Assembly: GCA_043228905.1 (NCBI GenBank) | Contig: JBHGNT010000005.1 | Location: 24,180,001 to 24,244,000, forward strand | DNA length: 64,000 nucleotides | Direction: 5' to 3' | From: Azolla caroliniana | Lineage: Eukaryota; Plantae; Polypodiophyta | In this document: in pieces, positions 14,620-25,739 of the stretch | Layout of the letters: the number at the start of each line of letters is the position of its first letter | How positions within the stretch are numbered: the first letter of the stretch is position 1 | Notes under the pieces: generated by a model | What the model saw: the letters and a program-made list of their open reading frames with translations, nothing else | What the model was told of the DNA's origin: nothing | Databases searched by the model: none | Made by a program: the position numbers and the translations under genes

Positions 14620-15480
14620 TCGAATGAACCCATGGGCAAGATTCTCCTCGATGTATTCTTGAAGAACCTCAAGCTCAATTGGTGATAGATTGTAGATCGG
14701 ACCCCACAATGGCTCTTTTCCTGGTTGAAGATCAATGGGACAGTCGCACGGCCGATGCTTTGGAAGTACACTAGCTTTGACTTTATCAAAGACTTTAGCA
14801 TATTCTTGATATTTTTTGGGAATTTGGATGTCTGAATTCCCTTGAGTGGCACTAGAAGGTGTCACTGATACTGCAAATAAGAAAAGTTCCTCCTTTCCTC
14901 CCACTTGGGACAATTGTTGAATGTAATGGTTGAGATTTGATGAAAAGGAGATGGTGCAGTGGTAGAACTATATTCTTTAAGGGAAGAGTTTTGGGTTCGA
15001 TCCTTAGCAGTGATGTTTTCTTATGAAGGGCACCAAATTTCTCGCCTTCTCCAATCGAGTCTTGGGTTATGTAGCTCAAACCATGGCAAACCAAGGATAA
15101 TTGGATGCTCCGGGCTACGTATTATGTTAAAGGAAACTACACATCCTAATCACCTAAGAGTATGTGTATTGGCTCAGACTCTTCGATTATCTTCATGGAA
15201 GCTATGGGACGTCCATCAATCACTACTACAGAAACCGGGAAAGGAAGGGTATGCAAGGATATTTGATGTTTTTGGGCAAAATCTCTATCCATGAAACAAG
15301 AATTGACATCGATATCTAAGACGGCTTGGACCTGAAGTTGACAACTCAGTGTCCTAACTTGTACTTGGGCTGAGAATACTCTACTAACATGCTTGGAACA
15401 AATGGAACCTACATTAGATTGTACAAATCTAGAGTTGTCCAACCAAATGGCTCCTATTTTGGCCAGACTTATTCGATTGA
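14620..15480 (-). pseudogene. degenerate gypsy pol fragment: aspartic protease and start of RT
   Basis: QAVLDIDVNSCFMDRDFA (decayed LDSGA)...VVVIDGRPI; IPKKYQEYAKVFDKVKASVLPKHRPCDCPIDLQPGKEPLWGPIYNLSPIELEVLQEYIEENLAHGFIRHSS, a Tf2/sushi-type RT N-terminus. Frameshifted. Confidence 0.85.
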
Positions 15481-15485
15481 CTCCT

Positions 15486-15855
15486 TGTTGAGCGGCAAGC
15501 TCAACCGGATCCGAATCGGCTGAATGAGCAAGTGAGTCGGTGAGTTGGGGAGTCGGTTAACTGGATCAAGCAGTAACTGGAAGCCAAGTAGCAGCTAGTC
15601 TACTAGGGAGTAAATATCACGTAGTTAGTGTCAGACGCTTGTGTGAGCATTGAAGTACACCGTACTTCTGTCAGTCCGGATGGACTTGTATAAAAGTGTT
15701 CACTGAACACATACGATGTACAGACTGAGTAGTATTTTTTGAATTGAGTTTCTGTGTGCTCTCTCTCTATCTCTCCCGCGTACTGTTAAGCTCTCCATTA
15801 AACCTGTTTTCTGCTTTCTGTTTTCTATTGCTTCCACACGCTATTTGTTTCTACA
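15486..15855 (+). repeat. 5' LTR of copia A
   Basis: Direct repeat of 25236-25605. Confidence 0.97.
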
Positions 15856-15949
15856 TGGTATTAGAGCACGAGCGTTGAGAACCTCTGTAGTCGACATTCG
15901 CTTTCGCAAGAAGAAAACCTAACCTTTGTAAAGAACAAAAAAAAAACAA

Positions 15950-16863
15950 ATGGATAGAGGAATGGCTAGCTCGCTCCCGGTGGAGAAGCTCGACAGATCC
16001 AACTACGCATCTTGGTCATACAAGATGCACCAGTACTTGCTTGGGCATGGTTACTGGAGCTATGTCGACAGAGCTAACGACACAACACCTGATGCAACAC
16101 ACAAGGACTTCTTGGTGTGGGAATAATCAGCAAGCAAAATGATGTACTACTTTGCGTCCAATGTTGGAGACTAGCTGCTGAGTCACGTTCGAGATGCCAA
16201 GACGCCGAAAGAGGTTTGGGGAAACCTGAAGAAGGTGTTCGCCGCAAGCACTATAGCCCGGAAACTGCAATTCTGACATGAGTTGAGCAATGTCCAGCAG
16301 AAGGACATGTCAGTGGCTGATTACACGACCCGAATCAAAGAGATCTGTGACTCGCTTGCCTCTATCAACGTCACAGTAGAGGAAGACAAGATGGTATAGG
16401 TCTGTCTTGGGGGCCCGGCGTCTAAGTTCCGAGCTTTCCAGACATCAATATGTACGAGGGAGAATACACCGTCATTTTTCGACTTACAATCGATGCTCCT
16501 TGTAGAGGAGAACCACGCCGGTGCGTCAACAAGTGCACCCACCGACAACCGAATGTTGTACACGGAGGTGGATCGGCACGCAATGGAGGCGGACGGCAAG
16601 GGCAAGACCGACGGCACAAAGACCGTGCAGACAACAGTTCCGGGACCTCCACAACCAGGGGGAGTCAAGGTGGTGCCGGAGGCTGGCAAGACAAATCCGC
16701 CACGGAATGCTGGTATTGTGGCAAAAAGGGCCACAGAGAAAGCGAGTGTTGGAAGAAGCGTGCCGATTCGGACAGATCTAGATCCGGCAAAAACCGGTCG
16801 GGAGAACCGGCAAAGCTCGCACTACGTGCAAGGATTGAAAGGATCCGGAAATGGGAAGACCGT
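15950..16863 (+). pseudogene. copia A gag (in-frame stops)
   Basis: MDRGMASSLPVEKLDRSNYASWSYKMHQYLLGHGYW...; zinc knuckle CWYCGKKGHRESEC; several TAG/TAA/TGA codons. Confidence 0.93.
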
Positions 16864-17405
16864 TGTCGCGTTGTTATGCGCGTGCGTGTAGAAGGGGCGG
16901 GACCGCGGGGGTCTTGGACTAGGGAGTGGAGGAGAAAGAATAGGACATGATATGGAGGCTTAGCTCAAGAGGAGAAGAGGAAAGAATGAGACCACAACAT
17001 CGAAGGAGAGATCGGCGGAGGCAAGATGTTCAACAAGTTACATTAAAACAACGAACGGTTACAACAGTGGTGGCCGCCATGGCCGCACCAAAATGACTAT
17101 CTGAAAACCCTAAAGGGAAACCCAAGAAGAAAACCCTAACCGAAACCCTAACCCTAAAATGAAATGGGAAGAGGGAGAACCCTAGACTAAGTGGTATACC
17201 TTACTCGCACAAAATAGGCAACCCCTTCATAAGTGACCCCTCCCCTCCTTTTATAGCCCAAGGAGGGAGGGACCTTACAATGTGGGACAAAAATGTCCCC
17301 TCTCTTTCTATACACCATATCCTAGTATACATGTGCACATGTTGCACACCACCGACTTGCCCCTTCCACCCCGGTTTCCGCCTATGGACGAAAATCTTCA
17401 CGACA
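16864..17405 (-). repeat. 3' LTR of element B
   Basis: Direct repeat of 20695-21236. Confidence 0.96.
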
Positions 17406-17498
17406 TCCACCCCGACCAAACCGCACATCCACCGGTATGTGCCAAGAAAGGAAAAGGGTGAGAGATTTCGTCCATGGTAATTAACCAGGTCTTTCGCC

Positions 17499-20400
17499 TT
17501 ACCGACACCCAACCGCCTTGCCGGTCCCTTGCTGGCGCCGATCCGTCTTGCCGGCCCCGACCCGCCGACTCCATCCGATCCACCACGTCCACCGTGTTTC
17601 CCCGAACCGTCGGCTCCATCCGATCCGCCATGTCCGGCGCCTGCACCTTCTTCTTCGACCGGCCATCCCGAACACCGTTGCCGATCCGGTCTCCCTTCCT
17701 TCGCTCACCGTGCATGTCCTCCGGTTAGACCCCCGATTACTTCGATTGCTCGTCGGGTGCCGCTCCTCGCGTATCGCGTGTGTTCCACCTCCGGCTCGAC
17801 CTTCTCCTCGCCCCGAATACCTTGTACCGACTCCCTTCGTTCTGCACTCGGCTTCCGTAGGCACTTTCCGTGCGTCGTTGTCGTCCATCGAATGCGTGCT
17901 CGTTCTTCGGTCCTTACGTGACCTCATTACGCGCTCCTCGCTTCTCCCTCGCTCGCCGTGCTCTCTCTCCGTAGAGCGTACCGTCATCCCGACCACCATG
18001 TCAGTGTCCTTCGCGACTCCCGTTACCGCTTCATCCCGTCTCTCGTCCTCTTGGCCCGCTCGGCCTCGCATGCCTTCCGGGACGCCGCGCTTCCGTAGCC
18101 CGTTGCTCTCCACGCACCTCCTCCGGTTCTCAAGACATAGCCTTCCATGCTCACCGATCATCCTCATGCTTGTCGCTCGGCCCTTACGCGGCCATATCGC
18201 ACGTCTCGCACTCCACTCCGCTCTGCGTCCCCTTTCGAAAAGGTACGTTGCTTCCCCGACATCCGTGTCGGTGCTCTCGTCTTCGGTGTCCTCCGCAACC
18301 TCCGATGTTGCCGCTTCGCCCCGAGGTACACCCTCTTGGTCCGCCTGGCCTTGTATGCCCTCCGGGAAGCTGCCACGTTTTCTCTTCCCGGTGTGTACCC
18401 CGTTGTTCTCCGCGCACCATCCTTCGCTCTCGCCACCCATCCGCCGATCTTGGCACCTTACGGCTTCGTCTCTCGCCGCGTGCTTGTCTCTCAAAGGCTC
18501 GACCGGTCCACCGTTGCCGGTCACTCGTTGCCGCTCTTCCGGGTGCATGCTTACTTCTTGGCCCTTCGTTGGCCGTAGTGCATGCTCCGTTTTACACGCC
18601 TCATCCATCGTAGACCCGACCTCCGCGTCGGTCTCTTCGTCCTTTCTTGCCGTAGCCCCTTTCGACTCCGGCTTGCCGTCTTGGCCGTGCTCGTCCGTCT
18701 TCACGCACCTGGTACCCGTTCTAGTGGCCTCATCAGTTCCGGTCTCCGACTCCTCGCCGCCACCCGTCGTGTCTCCGGTCTTATGTTGATCCGCAACCGC
18801 CGAAGTCTCAAGGATAGATGTGGAGGGTCCCTCTCGCTCTTGGCCTTCCACCGAGTCGTACTCCTTGTGCATGCTTGGCCTCCTTCTTGTGCTCACCGGC
18901 TTCCACCGAGTGTTGTGGCCCGTTCGCCCGGATCGGTCTCGGCCGATCGGGTCCTGGTTTGGTCGGCTCCCTTCCGTAATCGTAACCGGCCGGTACATGT
19001 TTGTTCGAACAAATCCAGCCTTGTCGACTCTTCTTCGGTTCGGGCCCGGTTGACTGGACCCCGCTCCAATCTTCTTCCGCGTCGTCTTCCGGTCGTGTCG
19101 GATTATCGACCGGTTCATCTTCCGGTCGGGTCGGTTCCCGACTCTCTCCTCTTTGCCGCTCCCGACCTCTCCGTCGGTCCTCTCGTATATGCCCGTTTCG
19201 GGCCTCGCGTCCTCATCTTTGTACGTGTTCGCTCCGGGCCACACCTCCTCACGGCCACCGCCCTTCTCTCCGGTCTTATGTTGGCATTCGAGCGCAACCG
19301 CCGTAGTCTCCGGTCTCGATGTCGAGAGGTCTTGCCTCCGTCCCCTATGACCTTCCTCGTCGTCGTTTCGATCGTCTGCTTTGCCGCCGCCACCTTCCGT
19401 CTCTCCGGTCTCACGTGGGCTTTCGGGGCCGACCGCCGAAGTCTCTAGAATAGGTGTGGGAAAAGTCCTGATACCGTTACTCGCCGATGCCATGTTCGTA
19501 GCCACCTTCGTTCGGACGCCGTGGTTCGTGGCTATCTCTTCCTCGTTCTCTTCGTCGCCGTGGTAGCCCGCCTTGCCGCCACCACCGTCCGTCGCTCTAG
19601 GTCTCACGCCGGCACTCGGGCCGGCCGCCAGAGCCTCTAGGACCGGTGTGGGTAAGGACCCGGCACCGCCACTCGTTGTGTCAGTAGCCGCTTCCGTCTG
19701 GTCGTCGTTGTCCGCGGCTACCCCGTCTCCGATTCCGCAAGCCTCGACTACGCTTGCCACCATCTCTCCCATGCCGTCGTCTCGGTTGCCTGCCTTGCCG
19801 CCGCCACCGTCCGTCACTCTAGGTCTCACACCGGCTCTCGGGCCGGATGCCGGAGTCTCTAGGACCGGTGTGTGTAAGGTCGCGGCACCGCCGCTTGTCC
19901 GCTCCTCACTCAATGTTTCGGGCCGCCATGTCCCGAATCCGTAGTTACCGGCCTCCATGGCCGTCCCTTCACCGCAAGGCAAGAGGGTCGCTTGCTCCGC
20001 ACCCTCTCCTATCTCGCCGTCGTACGCTCTCCCGGCCTCCGTATAGGCCCCTTCTTCTACGTCTAGGGAGGCTTCTTCCTCCGCATCCTCCGATCGCCTT
20101 CGGCCCGTCTCCATAACAAGCCCTTCTTCAGCTCCGATTTTCGCCTTCACAAGCTCGCATGCCTCTCGTATTAGCGCTTCTAGGTCGAGCTCCTCCGAAC
20201 CGTTTTGCGTTGAGCTCTCTTCCGGCAGTAGTGCGTACTCACTCGCCACTCTCTCTTCTTTGCCGCTCGCGGGCCACGTTGTTGCCGACCGCTCCCCATC
20301 GGGTTGCCGGCATACCCACTCCGGTCTCGCGTATCCGCACGCTTCCAATAGGGCTACCTCCAGGGACACCCACGACTCGTGAGCTTCTCGTAGCTCCTTG

Positions 20401-20657
20401 ACCTCCTTGTGCACCGATGCGGCTGCCACTCGAGGAAAATACTCTAGCCGCATCTCCTCGTCCACGCCCCTTTTCGCCATCTCGGCCTCGTACGCTTCCA
20501 AGAACCTCGGGACATCGCCCCCGTTGAATCGGCCGACTCGATCGACCACCCTTTCGACGGCTTGTTGAGCCGCATCTCGCTTCGCCATCTTCCGTCCGGC
20601 TTCCATCACGATTTTTGCCATCATCTCCTCGAAGTCCAAGTCTTCTTCCATCTCCAT
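17499..20657 (-). CDS. 1052-aa protein of element B: Gag-like N-terminal domain plus ~900 aa G/E/R/T-rich, internally repeated, probably disordered region
   Basis: Uninterrupted ORF starting ~15 nt after the PBS. The N-terminus (VGRFNGGDVPRFLEAYEAEM...LEYFPRV...HESWVSLEVALLEA) resembles a retrotransposon capsid N-terminal domain. No PR/RT/RH/INT motifs or CCHC knuckle were seen. Confidence 0.75.
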   Translation of the reverse strand: MEMEEDLDFEEMMAKIVMEAGRKMAKRDAAQQAVERVVDRVGRFNGGDVPRFLEAYEAEMAKRGVDEEMRLEYFPRVAAASVHKEVKELREAHESWVSLEVALLEACGYARPEWVCRQPDGERSATTWPASGKEERVASEYALLPEESSTQNGSEELDLEALIREACELVKAKIGAEEGLVMETGRRRSEDAEEEASLDVEEGAYTEAGRAYDGEIGEGAEQATLLPCGEGTAMEAGNYGFGTWRPETLSEERTSGGAATLHTPVLETPASGPRAGVRPRVTDGGGGKAGNRDDGMGEMVASVVEACGIGDGVAADNDDQTEAATDTTSGGAGSLPTPVLEALAAGPSAGVRPRATDGGGGKAGYHGDEENEEEIATNHGVRTKVATNMASASNGIRTFPTPILETSAVGPESPRETGETEGGGGKADDRNDDEEGHRGRRQDLSTSRPETTAVALECQHKTGEKGGGREEVWPGANTYKDEDARPETGIYERTDGEVGSGKEERVGNRPDRKMNRSIIRHDRKTTRKKIGAGSSQPGPNRRRVDKAGFVRTNMYRPVTITEGSRPNQDPIGRDRSGRTGHNTRWKPVSTRRRPSMHKEYDSVEGQEREGPSTSILETSAVADQHKTGDTTGGGEESETGTDEATRTGTRCVKTDEHGQDGKPESKGATARKDEETDAEVGSTMDEACKTEHALRPTKGQEVSMHPEERQRVTGNGGPVEPLRDKHAARDEAVRCQDRRMGGESEGWCAENNGVHTGKRKRGSFPEGIQGQADQEGVPRGEAATSEVAEDTEDESTDTDVGEATYLFERGRRAEWSARRAIWPRKGRATSMRMIGEHGRLCLENRRRCVESNGLRKRGVPEGMRGRAGQEDERRDEAVTGVAKDTDMVVGMTVRSTEREHGERGRSEERVMRSRKDRRTSTHSMDDNDARKVPTEAECRTKGVGTRYSGRGEGRAGGGTHAIREERHPTSNRSNRGSNRRTCTVSEGRETGSATVFGMAGRRRRCRRRTWRIGWSRRFGETRWTWWIGWSRRVGAGKTDRRQQGTGKAVGCR

Positions 20658-20672
20658 GCTCCCTTGCCGCCC

Positions 20673-20690
20673 TTCACGTCGGGTTCACCA
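20673..20690 (-). promoter_or_regulatory. primer-binding site of element B (tRNA-Trp)
   Basis: The + strand reads TTCACGTCGGGTTCACCA, the 3' 18 nt of plant cytosolic tRNA-Trp as I recall it; it lies 4 nt from the 5' LTR. Confidence 0.85.
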
Positions 20691-20694
20691 AAGA

Positions 20695-21236
20695 TGTCGC
20701 GTTGTTACGCGCGTGCATGTAGAAGGGGCGGGACCGCGGGGGTCTTGGACTAGGGAGTGGAGGAGAAAGAATAGGACATGATATGGAGGCTTAGCTCAAG
20801 AGGAGAAGAGGAAAGAATGAGACCACAACATCGAAGGAGAGATCGGCGGAGGCAAGATGTTCAACAAGTTACATTAAAACAACGAACGGTTACAACAGTG
20901 GTGGCCGCCATGGCCGCACCAAAATGACTATCCGAAAACCCTAAAGGGAAACCCAAGAAGAAAACCCTAACCGAAACCCTAACCCTAAAACGAAATGGGA
21001 AGAGGGAGAACCCTAGACTAAGTGGTATACCTTACTCGCACAAAATAGGCAACCCCTTCATAAGTGACCCCTCCCCTCCTTTTATAGCCCAAGGAGGGAG
21101 GGACCTTACAATGTGGGACAAAAATGTCCCCTCTCTTTCTATACACCATATCCTAGTATACATGTGCACATGTTGCACACCACCGACTTGCCCCTTCCAC
21201 CCCGGTTTCCGCCTATGGACGAAAATCTTCACGACA
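20695..21236 (-). repeat. 5' LTR of element B
   Basis: Direct repeat of 16864-17405; TATA-like CTATAAAAGG on the - strand at ~21088-21079. Confidence 0.96.
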
Positions 21237-21240
21237 CCGT

Positions 21241-24200
21241 AAGGGGCCAGCTTTGGTGATGAAGCACGAGGCAAATTCGATGAAGAATACCACTTCCAAA
21301 TTGGAGGAAGTGTGGTACGTTGATTCCGGTGCATAAAATCACATGACGAACCACAAAGAGTGGTTCTCCTTCCTGGAGAAATCGGAACAACTGGGAGTTG
21401 TCGAAACCGGAGACGACACTCGTCACCCAATCGTGCATATCGGTGAAGTCTCTTTGAGCCACCTCGGACAGAGGGGGAAGCTAATGAACGTATTACACGT
21501 TCCGACTATCACGAAGAACCTAGTGTCGGTTGGACAGATCGTCGACTAGGGAATGCAGATGCGGTTTACGCACCTCAGGTGCTTCATCGAGGAGGAGAGC
21601 CAGATTATTGCGCAAGGGTGCAGAGATGGGAGGATGTTCATCCTCGACACCAATGACGTCGGCACCGCTTTGTTCGCCAAAGGACAGAAGATTGAATCGG
21701 ACATCGATCTCTGGCACAAGCGGATCGGCCACGTCAATTACCGGAGGCTTCAAGAGCTGAAAACGAAACAAGTTGTTCTCGGTTTGCCGAAGTTCAGTGG
21801 TCGGAAGGCCCAAGTATGTGAAGCCTGCCAACTCGGGAACCAACACCGGCTTCCATTCCCCACCGAACGAAACCGTAGCCATAACAAGCTCAACCTTATT
21901 CATTCGGATGTATGGGGACTGGCACAGAACGTGAGTCTTGGTGGGAGTCGATACTTCGTGTCCTTCATCGACGACTATAGTCGGCACACATGGATCTACC
22001 TCATTGAGCAGAAGAGCAAAGTATTCGACTGTTTCCGGAACCTCCAAAGCATGGTTGAATGGGAATCAAAGAGGAAGATCAAGTGCCTACGGTCAGATGG
22101 TGGAAAAGAATATTTTTCCGGCCAATTCAACAGTTATCTACAGCAAACAGGAATTCGGAGAGAGTTCAGCTGCAGATACACACCGGAGCAAAACGGTGTG
22201 GCCGAAAGGAAGAACCGGTCGCTTGTCGACGCGGCAAGGGCAATGCTGGATGAGAAGAGCATGCCCCATTTCTACTGGGCGAAGGCGGTCCGGACGGCCG
22301 TCTACATCCAAAACCGGATCGGTGACAAGGTGTCCGCACATGAGCTGTATTTCGGGCGCAAGCCGAATTTGAGACACCTTCGGATTTTCAGCAGCATAGC
22401 ATATGTGCATGTGCCGGATGAGAAGCGGAGGAAGCTGGATGCAAAATTGGAGAAGTGCATCCTTGTCGGCTACTCACATGAGCAAAAGGGGTATAAGTGT
22501 TATAACCCTTGGACGAAGCAGGTCCGAGTTAGCGGTGATGTTGAGTTTGATGAGACGACATCATGGTATGCCTTATCGGCTCCGACTTCCGACCCCGACC
22601 CGATATCGGAGGATGAGGCTAGTGAACCTGAACCGGTCCAGATAGAAGAGATGAATCCGGAACTCAAGAAGAGAGTCCGGAATCGTTTCGGTTGAGTGGG
22701 CCGAACGAGAGACTGGATCAATCCGACCAGTCAGAAGAGGAACCGACGAGTAGTGAAGACTCTGTCGTACTCTCCCCGCGCAAGGAACCGAGGAGACGGT
22801 TCACACGCAAAGAGAAGGGGAAGAAGAAGATGTCGGATTATGAAACTGGCAATGATGAGTCGGATCAGAGCGGATCCAACTCCGGAAAGGAAAATGACGG
22901 CTCTTCGGCATCAAAGACCGAACCGGCCAAGAAGGGCCTCAAACCGGGTAACAGTGGGTTACGCCAGTCAACCCGCCAGAAGGAACCTGTTAAGGAGTAC
23001 GGGTACAATGAGTACATGGCGCATCACTATGCGTACATGACCCCGGTGGCGGAAGTGCGTCAGCCAGAGAGCTATGCAGAAGCGGCAAGGGATGCAAATT
23101 GGCGTGTCACTATGGAGGAAGAGATGCGGGCACTTGATGCCAACGATACATGGGACCTGGTTGACCCTCCCCGTCACAATAAACCGATCGGATGCAAGTG
23201 GGTGTACAAGGTAAAGTACAACGTTGACGGTTCAGTTAACCGGTACAAGGCTCGGTTAGTGGCAAAGGGATACGCACAGACCCACGGAATCGACTACGAC
23301 GAGACCTTCGATCCGGTAGCGAAGATGACGACGGTTCGTGTGGTGCTAGCAGTTGTTGTGGCAAGGGAGTGGCATCTTCACCAAATGCACGTGAAGAATG
23401 CATTTCTTCAAGGAGATCTAGAAGAAGAGGTCTTTATGACCCAACCTCCCGGTTTTCAGTCGGAGATGAACAAGTCGGCTGTATGCCGGCTGAAGAAGTC
23501 ACTTTATGGCCTGAAGCAAGCCCCCCGAGCTTGGAATGCAAAGATTACGCATCGATTGCGTAAGTTGGGGTTTGCAACCTCCAAGTCCGACTCTTCGTTG
23601 TTCATTCGGCAAGGTCCAGACGGTCCGGTTTGCATCTTGCTATATGTTGATGATCTAGTCATCACCGGACCTGAACTCAATGAAATCAGCCGAGTCAAGT
23701 CCCAACTGTTGGACGCATTTGAGATGAAGGATCTAGGTGACCTTCACTATTTCCTTGGGATCGAGGTGATTCGAACCCCCGACGACATATTGCTCTCACA
23801 GAGACACTATGTGTTGAATATCTTGTACTGTAAGTTCAGCATGATGGAATGCCGCCCTATTTCTACACCCTTGGACCGGAAACAGAAGCTCTGTCCCAAC
23901 TCCGGACCGGCCTGCGATGAGAAACAGTTCCGACAAATTGTCGGACGCCTTATATATTTGACCATCACCCAACCCGACATCAGCTATCCGGTCGGTGTGA
24001 TTAGTCAATTCATGCAAAAGCCGACCGTCGAGCATCTTCAGTGCGTGCACCGAATACTGCGGTATGTGAGCGGGACGAAGGACCGAGGACTGTTATACCA
24101 GCGAGGTATGACCGAAGAGCTAGTCGGCTACATGGATGCCAACTGGACCGACGATGCATCAGATCACTGTTCCACTTTTGGCTATATGTTTTCCCTTGGT

Positions 24201-25004
24201 AGCCCGGTTGTTGCGTGGAGCAGCAAAAAGCAGCCAACAGTTGCTCTGTCGAGCACTGAGGCTGAATACCGGGGCACTACCATTGCCACCTGTGAAGCCA
24301 TTTGGCTTCGGCGACTGCTGCAAGACCTACAGATTGAGTTGCCGACCCCGATCCTGATCTACTGCGACAACATAAGCAGCATGTAGCTCGCCAAGAATCC
24401 CGTATTCCATGCTCGCACAAAGCACATTGAAGTGCACTACCACTTGGTGCGTGAGCGTGTCCTGAGCAGTGAAGTCGAACTTCAGTATGTTCATACGGAT
24501 CAGCAAGTTGCCGACATCTTCACCAAACTGCTCGGATCGGACAAGTTGCAGCACTTCACCGAAATGCTTGGTGTTCAGCATCTCGATGTGCCACACTTGA
24601 GGGGGAGAATGGGCAATGACACCACCGGAACAGGCAAAGGCAAAGAGATTGTTGATTGCGCCGATGGGGGTAGAACCGAGAAGGGGAGAGATAGGAAGAA
24701 GAAAGGATCCGAGTCGACAAAGGAAGTTGACACATCCGAACAAGTCGGAACAAGTGGCAGCGGAGGCAGAGTCAAGAAGGACAAAGCTGACCGGAAGAAG
24801 AAGGCCAAGACCCGGACATGGTCTGATGTGGTGAAGGGCCTGGACCCAGAAGACGAATCGGGAGCAACCGATTCGGACAAGAGCTGGAACGAATCAGAGA
24901 CAACTAATTTGGTTCTACAGAAGGATTCAGAAGAACCAGATCAATTCAAGGCCAAGAGGACAAGAAGGCAGCAAAAGTTGACGCCAACACGAAGGGATCA
25001 ATGA
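21241..25004 (+). pseudogene. copia A pol (PR, integrase, RT, RNase H, C-terminal extension), disrupted
   Basis: WYVDSGA protease; WHKRIGH...CEACQLG, IHSDVWG, LRSDGGKEY, YTPEQNGVAERKNR integrase; [30 protein letters not shown]; ALSSTEAEY, ADIFTK RNase H. Contains stops and frameshifts. Confidence 0.96.
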
Positions 25005-25235
25005 ATCGGCAAAAGCCAAAGTCACAACAGCGAGGGAGCTGAATTGGGCCTATTGAGCAGACAAGCCGATCAAGGAAGTCGAGGTGCGCAGGAAAAGAAG
25101 GGTCACGGCAAATGGGACCGGACCGGACGAGGAGCGCGAGCGAGGCGGAGTGACGCCAGAAGGAGCCAGGTGGAAAGACTGGCTGCCATAGAGACTGACA
25201 CTACGATCTGACCTCAAATTGAGCTTGAGGGGGAG

Positions 25236-25605
25236 TGTTGAGCGGCAAGCTCAATCGGATCCGGATCGGCTGAATGAGTAAGTGAGCCGGTGAGCTGGGG
25301 AGCCGGTTAACTGGATCAAACAGTAACTGGAAGCCAAGTAGCAGCTAGTCTACTAGGGAGTTAATATCTCGTAGTTAGTGTCAGACGCTCCTGTGAGCAT
25401 TGAAGTACATCGTACTTTTGTCAGTCCGAATGAACTTGTATAAAAGTGTTCATTGAACACATATGATGTACAGACTGAGTAGTATTTTTTGAATTGAGTT
25501 TTTGTGTGCTCTCTCTCTATCTCTCCCGCATACTGTTAAGCTCTCCATTAAACCTGTTTTCTGCTTTCTGCTTTCTATTTCTTCCGCACGCTATTTGTTT
25601 CTACA
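25236..25605 (+). repeat. 3' LTR of copia A
   Basis: Direct repeat of 15486-15855, followed by TSD CTCCT. Confidence 0.97.
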
Positions 25606-25739
25606 CTCCTCTTCTAATTGGCTTAGGACCTCAAACTTATTGGAGAAGGGTGGATTATTCATAATATTAGGACGTTAAGTGCTTTTAAAATGTTAGACTC
25701 AATTTTATTGTCATAGTGAATTTGATTTACCTAACGTCT

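Larger units (their letters stand above)
16864..21236 (-). mobile_element. non-autonomous LTR element B (pol-less, single large ORF) nested in copia A
   Basis: 542-bp LTRs 16864-17405 and 20695-21236 (TGTCG...CGACA, about 4 mismatches). 4-bp TSD CCGT (16860-63 / 21237-40). PBS complementary to the tRNA-Trp 3' end at 20673-20690. Weak PPT (GGGGTGGA on -) at 17406-13. Confidence 0.95.
15486..25605 (+). mobile_element. Ty1/copia LTR retrotransposon A (full length, degenerate, interrupted by element B)
   Basis: 370-bp LTRs 15486-15855 and 25236-25605 (TG...CA, about 22 mismatches by eye). 5-bp TSD CTCCT (15481-85 / 25606-10). PBS TGGTATTAGAGC at 15856-67 (tRNA-iMet, 1 mismatch). PPT GAGGGGGAG at 25227-35. 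Domain order gag-PR-INT-RT-RH. Confidence 0.97.

Noticed and set aside
17518-19448. Long + strand ORFs (423 aa, 288 aa) antisense to element B's ORF
   Set aside because: They are S/P/R/L-rich shadows of a GC-rich coding strand with no recognisable motif; the PBS and PPT orientation supports the - strand ORF.
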